In this document: one piece after another, positions 49,601 through 57,701 of the stretch
Layout: the number at the start of each line of letters is the position of its first letter
Position numbering within the stretch: position 1 is the stretch's first letter
Assembly (NCBI GenBank): GCA_024275575.1
Contig: JAJRYV010000047.1
Span: 40,789 to 104,788, forward strand
DNA length: 64,000 nucleotides
Source of the DNA: a bacterium
GTDB taxonomy: Bacteria; Zhuqueibacterota; Zhuqueibacteria; Zhuqueibacterales; Geothermadaptataceae
Direction of reading: 5' to 3'
The notes under the pieces: generated by a model
Databases searched by the model: none
What the model saw: the letters and a program-made list of their open reading frames with translations, nothing else
Told to the model about the DNA's origin: nothing
Program-made: the position numbers and the translations under genes

Positions 49601-51501
49601 ATGAAGTCACCTATGGTGGTGGTTCGGTGAATGGACAACCGCAAGCTCAGGTTCGAACGGATGCTTTCGGCTTGGCGCGGGTAAACTGGCGCCTGGGCCC
49701 CAATGTCGGCCCGAACATCATGAACGCGAAGGCTGCAGGTATCACACTTTCGACCACATTTGAAGCCTACGGCGCCAGCGGTAATGCATATGCGATCACT
49801 CCGCTTTCACCACTGGAACAATCCGGCTCGGTTAATCAGAAGCTGGGTGGCGCTCTGGCTGTACGGATCACAGATAAATTCAATAACCCGGTTTCAGGCT
49901 CGGCCGTCAGTTATGCGCTCGTAAAAGGCACCGGTGTGCTCTCGGAAGTTCAAAAGGTATCAAACGCCGAAGGTTATGCCAATGTTGACTTCACTTTCGG
50001 TGCTGATGCAGGAGAACGCCTCATCCGGGTTTCCGGCGATGGCTTATTCAATTCACCTGTCAGCTTCAGGTTGATAGCCTCCGCCGCCGCTGCAACTTCT
50101 ATGGCGCTGTTTGATGGCAATCAGCAGAAGGGCACAGCCGGGAAGTTCCTGTCCTATCCTTTGCGTGTCGCAGTGACCGATATCAACGGTAATGCGGTTC
50201 CAAATACAACGGTCTCATTTATCGTCACCAGCGGTGGGGGCAGTATGAAATCCTCACAGGTGATCACTGATGAACGCGGTTATGCCTCGGCTATCTGGAA
50301 GCTGGGCCCCTCCGTCGGACAAAACAGCGTTAAAGCAATCCTCGATGCAAAAAGCTCGGAGACCGTCACTTTTACAGCCCAGGGTGAAACCAATAATTTT
50401 CCGGTATTTATCGAAATCGGCTCCAAAGAATTGAGCGAAGGCAGCTCGATAACTTTCACGGTGGCTGCTTCTGATGCCGATGGTGATCCTATTAATTTGA
50501 GTATTAAAAATAAACCCGCCGGCGCGGTATTCAACACCAATAGCAACCGGCGATTCGAATGGACGACGAGCAGCGATGACGCCGGTTTTCACGATGTGAT
50601 TTTCATCGCAGATGATGGTAAAGGCGGGGTCTCCGAATATCTCGTGACCATCAAGGTCAACAATACCAACCGCCGGCCGATTATCTCCAGTGCGCAGCCT
50701 TCTGCCAGTGCGGTATTTGTCGGCAATAGACCGGAATTCGAGTTCAGCGTTTCAGCTACGGATGCCGATGGCGATCACCTTTCCTACCTGTGGTATCTCG
50801 ATGGCCGTCACGTGGCTTCCACCAGTGTTTATGTGTATAAACAAGGCGCCGGCAAGCTGCACAAAATCGAGGTCCGTGTTACGGATGGCGAGCTCGACGC
50901 CAGCCGGGTTTGGGATGTGACCAATGCGGTGAACGTGGTTAATTTCTCAGCCTCGAATCTGGCAAGTGGCGGCGTGACGTTAAACTGGGTGACCAGCAGT
51001 GAATTTGATAATTTCGGCTATAATATTCTCCGCAGTATCCGCCGTGATAAGGGTTACGAACAGGTGAATGTTGAAATTATCAAAGCCGACGGCAGTGGAA
51101 ATTATACATTTGTGGACAATACAGCCCGCGCCGGGCAGCAATATTATTATCAACTTGAAGATGTTAGCTATTCAGGAGTGAAAACACTGCATGGCCCTGT
51201 CGTTGTGCTGATGGAAGTCCCCGAATCATTTTCGTTGAGTCAAAATTATCCGAATCCATTTAACCCTGAAACCAATATTCGTTTTCAACTGCCGCAATCA
51301 GCTGATGTTGTTCTGAAAATTTACAACACACTGGGCCAGGAAGTAAAAACGCTTGTCGACCGGCAGATGAATCCTGGTACACATGTCGTGCTATGGGATG
51401 GCCGCAGCAATCTTGGCACACGCCTGCCCAGCGGCATTTATTACTACCAGATTATCGCCGGACGCTTTCATGCATCGCGTAAAATGCTTTTGCTCAAATA
51501 A
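43699..51501 (+). CDS. Giant (2600 aa) secreted multi-Ig-like surface protein with T9SS-type C-terminal sorting domain
   Basis: - RBS AAGGAG.
- Signal peptide ...LLVFGLGSAATVNAQ.
- Two paralogous ConA-like modules (DDFNRANSTNLGGNW and DDFERAGPNLGGNW).
- An FN3 domain and a Gly-rich linker.
- About 13 Big-like repeats of about 95-100 aa (GNNQxGxxGxxL...V.V.D..GN...GGG...TD..G.A...LG).
- Two cadherin-like modules (SDADGDPI, TDADGDHL).
- C-terminus QNYPNPFNPETNIRF...VVLKIYNTLGQEV...LWDGRSNLGTRLPSGIYYYQI, matching the Por-secretion-tail/FlgD-Ig-like pattern. Confidence 0.9.
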   Translation: MFTKVSRTMKKTQRLIGVSLLVFGLGSAATVNAQVFTDDFNRANSTNLGGNWQEGTGFEISNNQLIMTATGTPDGFNDFWAVSTQAIDPNSVQMTFGPDSDELGRQYSGLLVLVENDAQNKPNGYLIFRPKSGTSYRLKLFEVQAGVVVGSNIQDIASNTNAATAAGDVFKVVFYKTGSTRTFNVFLNGTHEGTLVDTQGLQGGAAATYAGIMINNNTTNAVDDFRMETVNDATAPGTISLSAGSPTTSSIDLSWTAVGDDGNTGQAVSYDIRYSLSAITDANFASASQLGAPAPQAAGQTENLTVNGLAEGTTYFFAIRAIDEFGNVGAISNSPSATTTTSGGGGGGGGSGGYVPTTLVNQTDDFERAGPNLGGNWSADATLNIVGGTVQTTTSAPDAFDFGAVFTKAKKPYEISFTWGANADANLLQYSGIFIAKNGTDTADGYLIQRRIGSPSKTVLYQVTGGVPGAELGSGNSQSAADPGPGSTLKVALTFGTAGELNITVSVDGSFDREFQVVSPGFDQNSDWWGGFILNNNVSGTGNEIDAFTVGIEPTGPTDLNLISGGNQETPVATVFPQPIVLELLDSNGEAVVGEEIEFIVNPPNAVTFDKTGDGNIRKEAENGIIDGNAGIADYMLIKSDANASGGKYVTYDVAAGSPGPDGWVQINFNIPETNTYYIWMRYLGKDNSVGSYSFKVELDEDGDQFLYELSYSANWRWVKVFKNGVQFTPSLTAGNHNLRFHAWHDQTWLDKILITKDPNYVPSGLEPSQGYVTDATGQVSATLTAGNTPGAVDLTAQYGQLQAVVPGLAITADDAATLSVVKRPGDGQAGQVSDSLIVRVDDDKGNPVAGYKVHFLVTQGGGYLNTTAPVITDANGLAYVFLTYGAQSGVNIVKAYAQSLSGSPATFTPLTTSGVASRLTLLNGNNQSGIAGEPLANNLVVKVEDQAGVSVKDYPLSFTSIADGGVTNRNNLIANGDLEGAYVVKSVGDVAPGWDAWRAADVAVTHSKVPGYLSQNAQRINVLGMNSASISQGLINLPATTKRMVLSFYYKMTGKTNPGVTVLLRQGLADVMEEVTIPPLEGSWQQFVHYFNYDAVYDELSLHLIVSDSMIVDFDRIRIDYVSDLNGEMVATWTLGNAAGTQKIKAEAFKGGSPLVGSPKTFTATATAGDPYEVLITRGQDQVGAANTVLPVPLEVRVTDKAGNGIANHVVEFHNIQGGGLLNGSTLSPVIVNTDTSGFASVNITLGPDNNANSIVRFDSYFSGSPLIGSGGQFFASTAEPSKFSLHSGVDQQGSAGLPLPESIKILVQDINDTPISGYPVQFQVVTGGGNFNGETLVEVPTGANGIAAVSFTLGNEPGALNTIEASVGFSQTSLQVNATAADLKQISLLDGNIQIGTVGTELAKPLKVKVVDMLNNGIPNWLTEFSVTAGGGHLGNNDTQKQVYTDANGVAQVNFFLGPIAGNGNNTVDAFTNYKGQPLNGSPVSFSASAKAGAPKRIEIVGGNNQKGVVGNPLAEPLQVKISDNAGNGIANHNVVFTIKTGGGKLQGATIRTVKTDIDGLASVSFSLGSTAGANNNKVEASAKNGTTPLENSPVTFIASGTANSAYSLAYELGNNQQGSAGQVLGDSLLVVVKDRQGNPVGQHPVEFIVTKGGGRLNGTTDTTVVDITNAQGRASAAWFLGGVLGNAAQEVQATSTDGQDLLLNAPVVFKATAKAGLPDSIKSYINAITPVVADGQTKSEIVINLRDKFNNPYSGGYVTIQVSGDGNNIDQPVTASDAQGVVKAYVSSRVAGIKTVKAIELTSGVRIATGTTIQFLAQAASKLLLESGNGQERNLGTALESPFVVKVTDINGNPIYNHPVNFKTVSGTGYIFEQQPVRTDSGGLAQVTFVLGQNGSGNTVRAFADGLNGSPVSFSATGHSNIGSIVVKGTGDGQSAAAGELLPESPGLKVLDAGGNPVFGHLVTYEVTYGGGSVNGQPQAQVRTDAFGLARVNWRLGPNVGPNIMNAKAAGITLSTTFEAYGASGNAYAITPLSPLEQSGSVNQKLGGALAVRITDKFNNPVSGSAVSYALVKGTGVLSEVQKVSNAEGYANVDFTFGADAGERLIRVSGDGLFNSPVSFRLIASAAAATSMALFDGNQQKGTAGKFLSYPLRVAVTDINGNAVPNTTVSFIVTSGGGSMKSSQVITDERGYASAIWKLGPSVGQNSVKAILDAKSSETVTFTAQGETNNFPVFIEIGSKELSEGSSITFTVAASDADGDPINLSIKNKPAGAVFNTNSNRRFEWTTSSDDAGFHDVIFIADDGKGGVSEYLVTIKVNNTNRRPIISSAQPSASAVFVGNRPEFEFSVSATDADGDHLSYLWYLDGRHVASTSVYVYKQGAGKLHKIEVRVTDGELDASRVWDVTNAVNVVNFSASNLASGGVTLNWVTSSEFDNFGYNILRSIRRDKGYEQVNVEIIKADGSGNYTFVDNTARAGQQYYYQLEDVSYSGVKTLHGPVVVLMEVPESFSLSQNYPNPFNPETNIRFQLPQSADVVLKIYNTLGQEVKTLVDRQMNPGTHVVLWDGRSNLGTRLPSGIYYYQIIAGRFHASRKMLLLK

Positions 51502-51524
51502 GGATTGATTCGTCATCAAACCCT

Positions 51525-51558
51525 GGCCGTGACAGCAATGCTGTTACGGCCTTTTTTT
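51525..51558 (+). terminator. Rho-independent terminator after the giant gene
   Basis: ggccgtgacagc-aat-gctgttacggcc (12-bp stem with one G-U pair) followed by TTTTTTT. Confidence 0.7.
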
Positions 51559-51812
51559 ATGTATGGCTCACCCGGCAGTTGATAATTGGGGCAGATTAAT
51601 CGATTTTTACTGGATTTACAGATAAAAGTTGAATAGATTTGATAGACGAATTTAACACTTCTCCTCGTTTCCTGTCTGCTTTATTAAATTGTTAACGACA
51701 ATCCGTATTATTGATGGATGTGAATTACATTGTATCGCAAGCTATGGAAAAATAACATCTAAAACCTATTGTGTTTAATGCTGGTTTCTTCTGAATCAAA
51801 ACAGGATAATAT

Positions 51813-52874
51813 ATGAGATTAAATATGAGACTACAATTACTGCTGCCGGTTCTCTCTCTGGTGATATTTGCGTGCTCTGTCCCGCATAGCCAACACAGGC
51901 AAGCGGTAATTAAAGATGCAGCGCGTGGGAAATTGATCTACTCGCATGATTTATCTGAAGCAATAACAAATTTCATCCCTTCCACGGTGGAAGTCATTTG
52001 TACGATGAATTATGATATCGAGCATTATTTTTATCATCTATCATCAGGTGAACACATCAAAGACGAAAACAGCCCGACGGGTTATCAATTGCGCGATGGC
52101 GAGAGTATATTGCGCGATAAGAAAAATTTCCGTGCCTTTGGCGGCGGGGTAATCGTCGGTGATAGTGATGATGAATTTCTGATATTGACAAGTCGGCATA
52201 TCATTGTTCAGGAAGATACCATCATTCACTATATCACAAAAAAGGGAAAAAATACCCCGGTAGCACGTATGCGGGCTTTTTTGACTCACATTCGTTTCAC
52301 CGTGCGCGGGCAACGACATTCATTGGAGAAAACCGCACGGATTCTCGCCGGTGATGCACGGGCCGATTTGGCGCTTGTCGCCGTTAGCAAACGCGGCCAA
52401 ATCGGTGAAGTTTTTCAGGGTAGTGTGATTCATGCGATGAACAATGTGTGGGGATCGCTGGCGGTTATCGCTGGATATCCTTCTGAAATTCTGCAAGTGG
52501 CGATGGGGCTTACCTCCGCCGCGCCTTACCCCGGCAATTTCAGTCTCGATATCAACGGTACTTTTGGCTATTCCGGCGGCCCGGTTTTTTTATTCGATGA
52601 CCGGCAGGAACTGGCATTTGCCGGTATTGGCCGTTCAATTCCCGGAAAACGTATTTTTCACGTCGTCCCGGATTCGACACTGCAGTTTGCCACAAAACTC
52701 CTGCCGTCAGATATCGGGCGCCTGCAAATTGAAGAAGTCCCTGTTTTTGGCGCAGCCCGCATGTACGCTGTGGATATTCGTTTTATCAAGCGTTTTCTGA
52801 GCGAAGCAATAGAAGGATTGAGCAAAAAGGGATTTAATCTAGCAAAAGGATTTGAGGAGATTTTAAACAATTAG
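51813..52874 (+). CDS. Lipoprotein trypsin-like (S1/Trypsin_2) serine peptidase
   Basis: Lipobox LVIFAC. Candidate triad contexts are LILTSRHII (His), ADLALVAV (Asp) and FGYSGGPVF (Ser). RBS AGGA lies 6 nt upstream. Confidence 0.65.
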   Translation: MRLNMRLQLLLPVLSLVIFACSVPHSQHRQAVIKDAARGKLIYSHDLSEAITNFIPSTVEVICTMNYDIEHYFYHLSSGEHIKDENSPTGYQLRDGESILRDKKNFRAFGGGVIVGDSDDEFLILTSRHIIVQEDTIIHYITKKGKNTPVARMRAFLTHIRFTVRGQRHSLEKTARILAGDARADLALVAVSKRGQIGEVFQGSVIHAMNNVWGSLAVIAGYPSEILQVAMGLTSAAPYPGNFSLDINGTFGYSGGPVFLFDDRQELAFAGIGRSIPGKRIFHVVPDSTLQFATKLLPSDIGRLQIEEVPVFGAARMYAVDIRFIKRFLSEAIEGLSKKGFNLAKGFEEILNN

Positions 52875-53487
52875 AGCTCGGCATTCAATTCGGGGGCATT
52901 AGCGGCATGTATCAGTAATAGACTCATGTTTCGCGGTGGAGCCTACCCCGGGTTTTATAACTTACTTTAAATGCAAAGAGCGTAGATTTTGCTGTAATTA
53001 AAATATTGCTTTTATTCCATTTGCAAGAACAATTCAAGTTTTGTCTAAAATTAAACCTTTTGAGAAATCAAAACACTGAAGAATAAAAAATTTCAGCCAC
53101 AGATTGACACAGATTAAACACGGATTCTTTTCTTCTGCCTGAAAACCAGTGTTTTCGCATGAAACAAATGATTTTTAAATCGGTGATAAGCTAAAAAACG
53201 GGGACATTCTAAAATATGACTTATTTTATTGCAAATAAAGTTTTTTTATCTTATCATTAACGTTCAATGTTTTAACTGAATGGTGTCTGTTTCAGGCTGT
53301 TACGAATTTTGTTCAGCATGTATGATTGGTAGATACGATCGTTTCTGACAATCTATAAACCATAGAAAAATCTATAGGTTGTCTCTGTCTGCCCGGCAGT
53401 GAACCGGTCGATTAAAATAGCTTGCATCTCCTGGTTGAATTCACTATTTTCTACCCGTTTAAAACCTGACCAGGGGGGAACCGGTCT

Positions 53488-53513
53488 ATCACAGGCTTCT
53501 CTGTGATTTTTTA
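53488..53513 (+). terminator. Candidate intrinsic terminator hairpin immediately upstream of ffh
   Basis: atcacag-gcttct-ctgtgat followed by TTTTTTATT. The nearest upstream CDS ends about 615 bp away. Confidence 0.4.
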
Positions 53514-53528
53514 TTATTTGGCAAGAAG

Positions 53529-54851
53529 ATGTTCCAGGAATTATCTGATAAATTTGAAGGGATCTTCCAAAGGCTAAAAGGCCATGGTAAAGTTAATGAA
53601 AAACATCTTGACGAAACCATGCGGGATATCCGCCGTGCACTTTTGGAAGCCGACGTTAACTACAAAGTCGCAAAGCAGCTCATCGCTGAGATTAGACAGC
53701 GCGCCCTCGGCGCCGATGTTGTGCATAGCGTTACACCAGCTCAGCAGATCATTAAAATTGTTAACGATGAACTGACGCGTCTGATGGGTGGTGTGCATGC
53801 ACCACTAAAAACGGTCAATATTCCACCTGCGATTATCATGGTGATCGGCTTGCAGGGCGCCGGGAAAACGACATTTTGCGGCAAATTAGCCAGTCTTCTA
53901 AAAAAACAGGGGAAAACACCTTTTCTTATTGGAGCGGACTTGCAGCGTCCGGCAGCTGCTGAACAGTTACGCATCGTTGGTGAGCAAGTTAAAGTCGAGT
54001 CTTATTCAAATTTACAATCCGATCCGGTGCAGGTCTGCAAACAAGGCTTTAAACGGGCTCGGGAAAATGGCTATGATACGATAATCCTGGATACCGCCGG
54101 CCTGCTTCATGTCGATGATCGATTGATGGGTGAATTGGCTGATATCAAAACAACCCTGAAACCCCACGATATTCTATTTGTCGCTGATGCGATGACCGGG
54201 CAGGATGCGGTGAACGCCGCCCGGATTTTTCTCGATCGCATCGATTTTACCGGCATCGTGTTGACGAAAATGGACGGCGACGCACGCGGTGGAGCGGCGC
54301 TTTCAATCAAATCTGTAACCGGAAAACCGATACAGTTTATCGGCACTGGTGAAAAGCTTGAGGCATTGGAGAAATTTCATCCGGAGCGCATGGCCTCACG
54401 AATTCTCGGTATGGGTGATATCGTCTCCCTGGTTGAAAAAGCGCAGGACATCGTCGATCTCAAACAGGCGAAGGTGCTGGAAAAAAAAATACGCCGGGCA
54501 GAGTTTACATTTGATGATTTTTACGATCAGTTACAACAGATCAAGAAAATGGGACCGTTGAGTCAAATCGTCGGCATGATTCCGGGATTAAACACAAAGG
54601 CTCTCAAAGATGCACCGGTTGACGACCGGGCATTCGTCAGCATCGAAGCGATCATCAATTCGATGACAAAAGAAGAGAAACAACGGCCGCAGATCATCAA
54701 TGGCAGCCGCCGTTTGCGGATCGCAAAAGGAAGCGGGACCTCAGTTCAGGAAATCAACCGCTTGCTAAAGCAATTTTTTACTATGCAGAAAATGATGAAA
54801 AAATTCAACAAAAAGGGCATGCGCGGTATAAACATGCAGTTTCCATTCTAA
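53529..54851 (+). CDS. ffh: Signal recognition particle protein Ffh (SRP54)
   Basis: 440 aa. N domain, GTPase motifs GLQGAGKTT, DTAGL and TKMDGD, and a Met-rich M domain (MGPLSQIVGMIPG, FTMQKMMKKF). Confidence 0.95.
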   Translation: MFQELSDKFEGIFQRLKGHGKVNEKHLDETMRDIRRALLEADVNYKVAKQLIAEIRQRALGADVVHSVTPAQQIIKIVNDELTRLMGGVHAPLKTVNIPPAIIMVIGLQGAGKTTFCGKLASLLKKQGKTPFLIGADLQRPAAAEQLRIVGEQVKVESYSNLQSDPVQVCKQGFKRARENGYDTIILDTAGLLHVDDRLMGELADIKTTLKPHDILFVADAMTGQDAVNAARIFLDRIDFTGIVLTKMDGDARGGAALSIKSVTGKPIQFIGTGEKLEALEKFHPERMASRILGMGDIVSLVEKAQDIVDLKQAKVLEKKIRRAEFTFDDFYDQLQQIKKMGPLSQIVGMIPGLNTKALKDAPVDDRAFVSIEAIINSMTKEEKQRPQIINGSRRLRIAKGSGTSVQEINRLLKQFFTMQKMMKKFNKKGMRGINMQFPF

Positions 54852-54878
54852 TTTAAAACAGATATTGGAGGATTTAAC

Positions 54879-55478
54879 TTGGCAGTTCGTTTGCGCCTAC
54901 GCAGAATGGGGAAGAAAAAGCAACCGTTTTATCGAATCGTTGCGATCGATTCACGTGTTAAACGTGATGGAAAATATCTCGAGAATTTGGGAACATATAA
55001 CCCCATCAAAAATCCGACCGAGTTGACTCTCAATGCGGAACGGGCACTCTATTGGTTGGGTGTTGGTGCTCAACCCTCGGATACTGTACGAAATTTGTTG
55101 AGCAAAACAGGTGTTATGCTGCGTTTCGACCTGATCAAACGCGGTAAAAGTGAAGCTGAAATTGAAACTGAATTCAAAAAATGGATGAAGTTACAGGAAG
55201 ACCGGCAGAAACGTCTCGAAGCAGGCAAAGCTCAATTAGCAAAAAGTGCTGAAAAAGAAGCCACCAAAGCAACAACTGAAGATGCTGCTGCCGCTAAAGC
55301 AACTGCCGCTGCTGAAAAAGAAGCAACGGAAACTGAAGCAGAAACCGCAACCGCTGCTGCTGAAGAAACACCTGTTACTGAAAATGCACCGGCAGAAGCA
55401 CCTGTGGATGAAAATGCAACAGAAGCAAAAGCTGAAGAAAGCGAAAATCCTGAAGCCGCTGAACAAACAAAAGAGTAG
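54879..55478 (+). CDS. rpsP: 30S ribosomal protein S16 with long Ala/Glu/Thr-rich C-terminal extension
   Basis: TTG start after GGAGGA. N-terminus [22 protein letters not shown]. About 115 extra low-complexity residues follow the S16 core. Confidence 0.9.
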   Translation: MAVRLRLRRMGKKKQPFYRIVAIDSRVKRDGKYLENLGTYNPIKNPTELTLNAERALYWLGVGAQPSDTVRNLLSKTGVMLRFDLIKRGKSEAEIETEFKKWMKLQEDRQKRLEAGKAQLAKSAEKEATKATTEDAAAAKATAAAEKEATETEAETATAAAEETPVTENAPAEAPVDENATEAKAEESENPEAAEQTKE

Positions 55479-55631
55479 TTGCCAGGATATTCTTGTTGCC
55501 TTTTTGTGATAGAAATCAAGCTTCACGCACACCAGGAAAATTATTGAATCAGCTATTAAATTGAACCTCAATTCATGCAGCTGTTTTATATAATCGCTAA
55601 ATCGGAACTGGTTTAACAAAGGTGGTAGACC

Positions 55632-55862
55632 ATGAAGGAATTTCTTCTGTTTATCGTGAAGCACCTTGTCGACAATCCTGAAGCCGTAGTCGTAAATGAA
55701 GTTGATGGCGAACGTACAGTAGTCTTTGAACTTCGTGTCGGGCAGGGGGATATGGGGAAGGTGATTGGTAAACGCGGGCAGACTGCAAAATCTATTCGTA
55801 CGCTTTTAGCAGCCGCATCCGCAAAGACCGGAAAACGGGCTGTGCTCGAGATACTGGAATAA
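55632..55862 (+). CDS. KH-domain RNA-binding protein (YlqC/UPF0109)
   Basis: 76 aa with GKVIGKRGQTAKSIRTLL (GxxG KH motif). Canonical position between rpsP and rimM. Confidence 0.85.
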   Translation: MKEFLLFIVKHLVDNPEAVVVNEVDGERTVVFELRVGQGDMGKVIGKRGQTAKSIRTLLAAASAKTGKRAVLEILE

Positions 55863-55927
55863 TCCCGGCTTTCGCACAGGCATTTTTATGAAAATAATTC
55901 CAACGTGTCGGTGAGATATTTTATTCT

Positions 55928-56476
55928 TTGAACGCAATGCAAAAAGCACGAAGCACTGATACTCTGGTTACTATTGGCAAAATATTAAAGCCGCATGGCA
56001 TTCGGGGTATTGTTAAAATTCTTGCCACGACGGATGAGCCGGAACGTTTTCGCCTGCTCGAAAGAATCAATATTCGTTATCCTGGAACGGGAAAGCTGGA
56101 AAATTACACCATCGAACAGATTAATGTCCAGTCTACCGGAGTTTTGATCAAGTTTGCAGGTATCAATAATCGCACAGAGGCTGAATATCTGCGCGGTTGT
56201 GAGTTGATAATCGATGAAAATGATTGTTTGCCGCTTGCAGCAGGCGCCTATTATTGCTTTCAACTCGAAGGCCTGCAGGTTGTCGATTTAAACGACAAAC
56301 ATCTCGGTGAAATCATTCAAGTTTTGCAATACCCGGCGCACGATGTTTATGTCATGCGCTATGGCACTGCTGAAGTGATGATCCCGGCGGTTTCTGAATT
56401 TATCAAAGCCATCGATATTGAAACCGGAAAGATGATTCTGAGTCCGGTCGAAGGCCTGTTGCCTGAGGAAAAATGA
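55928..56476 (+). CDS. rimM: 16S rRNA processing protein RimM
   Basis: 182 aa with GKILKPHGIRGIVKI (RimM N-terminal beta-barrel) and a PRC-barrel C-terminus. The start could instead be ATG 55937. Confidence 0.9.
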   Translation: MNAMQKARSTDTLVTIGKILKPHGIRGIVKILATTDEPERFRLLERINIRYPGTGKLENYTIEQINVQSTGVLIKFAGINNRTEAEYLRGCELIIDENDCLPLAAGAYYCFQLEGLQVVDLNDKHLGEIIQVLQYPAHDVYVMRYGTAEVMIPAVSEFIKAIDIETGKMILSPVEGLLPEEK

Positions 56477-57162
56477 ACTTTCATATCATTTCGGCTTTTC
56501 CCTGTGTGTTCCCCGGCTTTCTCAATGAAAGCATGCTCAAAAGGGCAGAAGAAGCAGGCGTTGCACATTATTATTTGCATAACCTGAGGGATTACGCCCA
56601 CGACCGGCACCGGACAATCGACGATTACCCCTACGGCGGTGGCCCGGGCATGATTTTAAAACCAGACCCGGTTTTCCGGGCGGTGGAAGATATAATCAGC
56701 AATTTTCAGCCGGAAAATCCGCGCATTATTTTAACCAGCGCAACCGGCAGGTTCTTTGATCAAACTTATGCAAATGAGATCGCCGCAAATGTTGATGAAA
56801 CTCTCATCATCATTTGTGGTCACTATAAAGGCGTCGATGAACGCGTCCGATCGCACCTGGCAACCGAAGAAATCTGCATCGGGCCGTTTGTTTTGACCGG
56901 AGGTGAACTGCCGGCATTGATTCTCGTCGATTCACTGGTGCGGTTGCTGCCTGATGTGCTTGGTGATTTTGATTCCGCTGCTGGTGATTCATTCCAGACC
57001 AAACTTCTCGATTGTGCCTATTTTACCCGGCCACAAGATTTTCGTGGTATTTCGGTGCCGGATGTATTACTTTCCGGCCACCATGAGAAAATTAAATCCT
57101 GGCGGCAGATAAGCTCTCAGGAAAAAACGCAGTCGCAAAGCGCTGAAAAAGAAAAAAATTAG
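56473..57162 (+). CDS. trmD: tRNA (guanine37-N1)-methyltransferase
   Basis: ATGA overlap with rimM. DDYPYGGGPGMIL and CGHYKGVDERV motifs. Confidence 0.95.
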   Translation: MNFHIISAFPCVFPGFLNESMLKRAEEAGVAHYYLHNLRDYAHDRHRTIDDYPYGGGPGMILKPDPVFRAVEDIISNFQPENPRIILTSATGRFFDQTYANEIAANVDETLIIICGHYKGVDERVRSHLATEEICIGPFVLTGGELPALILVDSLVRLLPDVLGDFDSAAGDSFQTKLLDCAYFTRPQDFRGISVPDVLLSGHHEKIKSWRQISSQEKTQSQSAEKEKN

Positions 57163-57196
57163 AGTGATTTAATAGACGTATCCTGGAGGATTTCCG

Positions 57197-57538
57197 ATGA
57201 ACAAAATTGATGCGATTACGGCATCGCAATTGAAAACAGAGTTGCCGAATTTTGGCCCGGGCGATACAGTTTCAGTCCATTATAAAGTAAAAGAAGGTGA
57301 AAAAGAACGCATTCAGATTTTTAAAGGGGTGGTCATTCAGCGCAAGGGCGCCGGAATCAATGAAACATTCACCGTGCGGAAGGTTTCCAACGGCATCGGC
57401 GTTGAACGCATCTTCCCCGTGCATTCGCCGAATATCGACCGCGTCGATCACGAACGCCGCGGTAAGGTGCGCCGGGCAAAACTCTATTATCTGCGTGGAC
57501 TAAAAGGCCGGGCCGCACGCATCGCTGAGAAAAAATAA
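57197..57538 (+). CDS. rplS: 50S ribosomal protein L19
   Basis: 113 aa with [29 protein letters not shown] and RRAKLYYLR. Confidence 0.95.
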   Translation: MNKIDAITASQLKTELPNFGPGDTVSVHYKVKEGEKERIQIFKGVVIQRKGAGINETFTVRKVSNGIGVERIFPVHSPNIDRVDHERRGKVRRAKLYYLRGLKGRAARIAEKK

Positions 57539-57559
57539 GCCGCGATTTTTTTCTGTTTT

Positions 57560-57594
57560 AAGCCGCATTTGTGAGTAAATGCGGCTTTTTTTAT
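57560..57594 (+). terminator. Rho-independent terminator of the ffh-rplS operon
   Basis: aagccgcattt-gtgagt-aaatgcggctt (11-bp perfect stem) followed by a T-run. Confidence 0.8.
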
Positions 57595-57701
57595 TTGTAT
57601 TCAAACGAAATTTGCTTATCCTCAACTTTCTTGATTTCATCATCGCGACAGCCTGTTTTGTGCGATTTTTTTTGCCCTATTTTTTTGATGAGGATTTGAA
57701 A

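Noticed and set aside
53283-53341. Possible gutted remnant of the MITE family (gtgtctgtttcaggc ... ggtagatac)
   Set aside because: Only the short termini show weak similarity, with mismatches and indels. There is no core and no target duplication, so it cannot be distinguished from chance by eye.
53385-53487. Possible SRP (4.5S) RNA just upstream of ffh
   Set aside because: cctgaccaggggggaaccggtc only superficially resembles the helix-8 region. The conserved GGAA tetraloop context and the AGCA / symmetric-loop motifs are not present on either strand. I retained it only as an unassigned candidate small-RNA region.
57579-57701. N-terminal 41 codons of the ORF-track call for the aminotransferase (also 3758-3790, 21101-21199, 30660-30725, 22427-22513)
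   Set aside because: These upstream extensions run through a terminator (57560-57594) or overlap the preceding gene. Downstream in-frame starts have Shine-Dalgarno sites and give family-typical N-termini.
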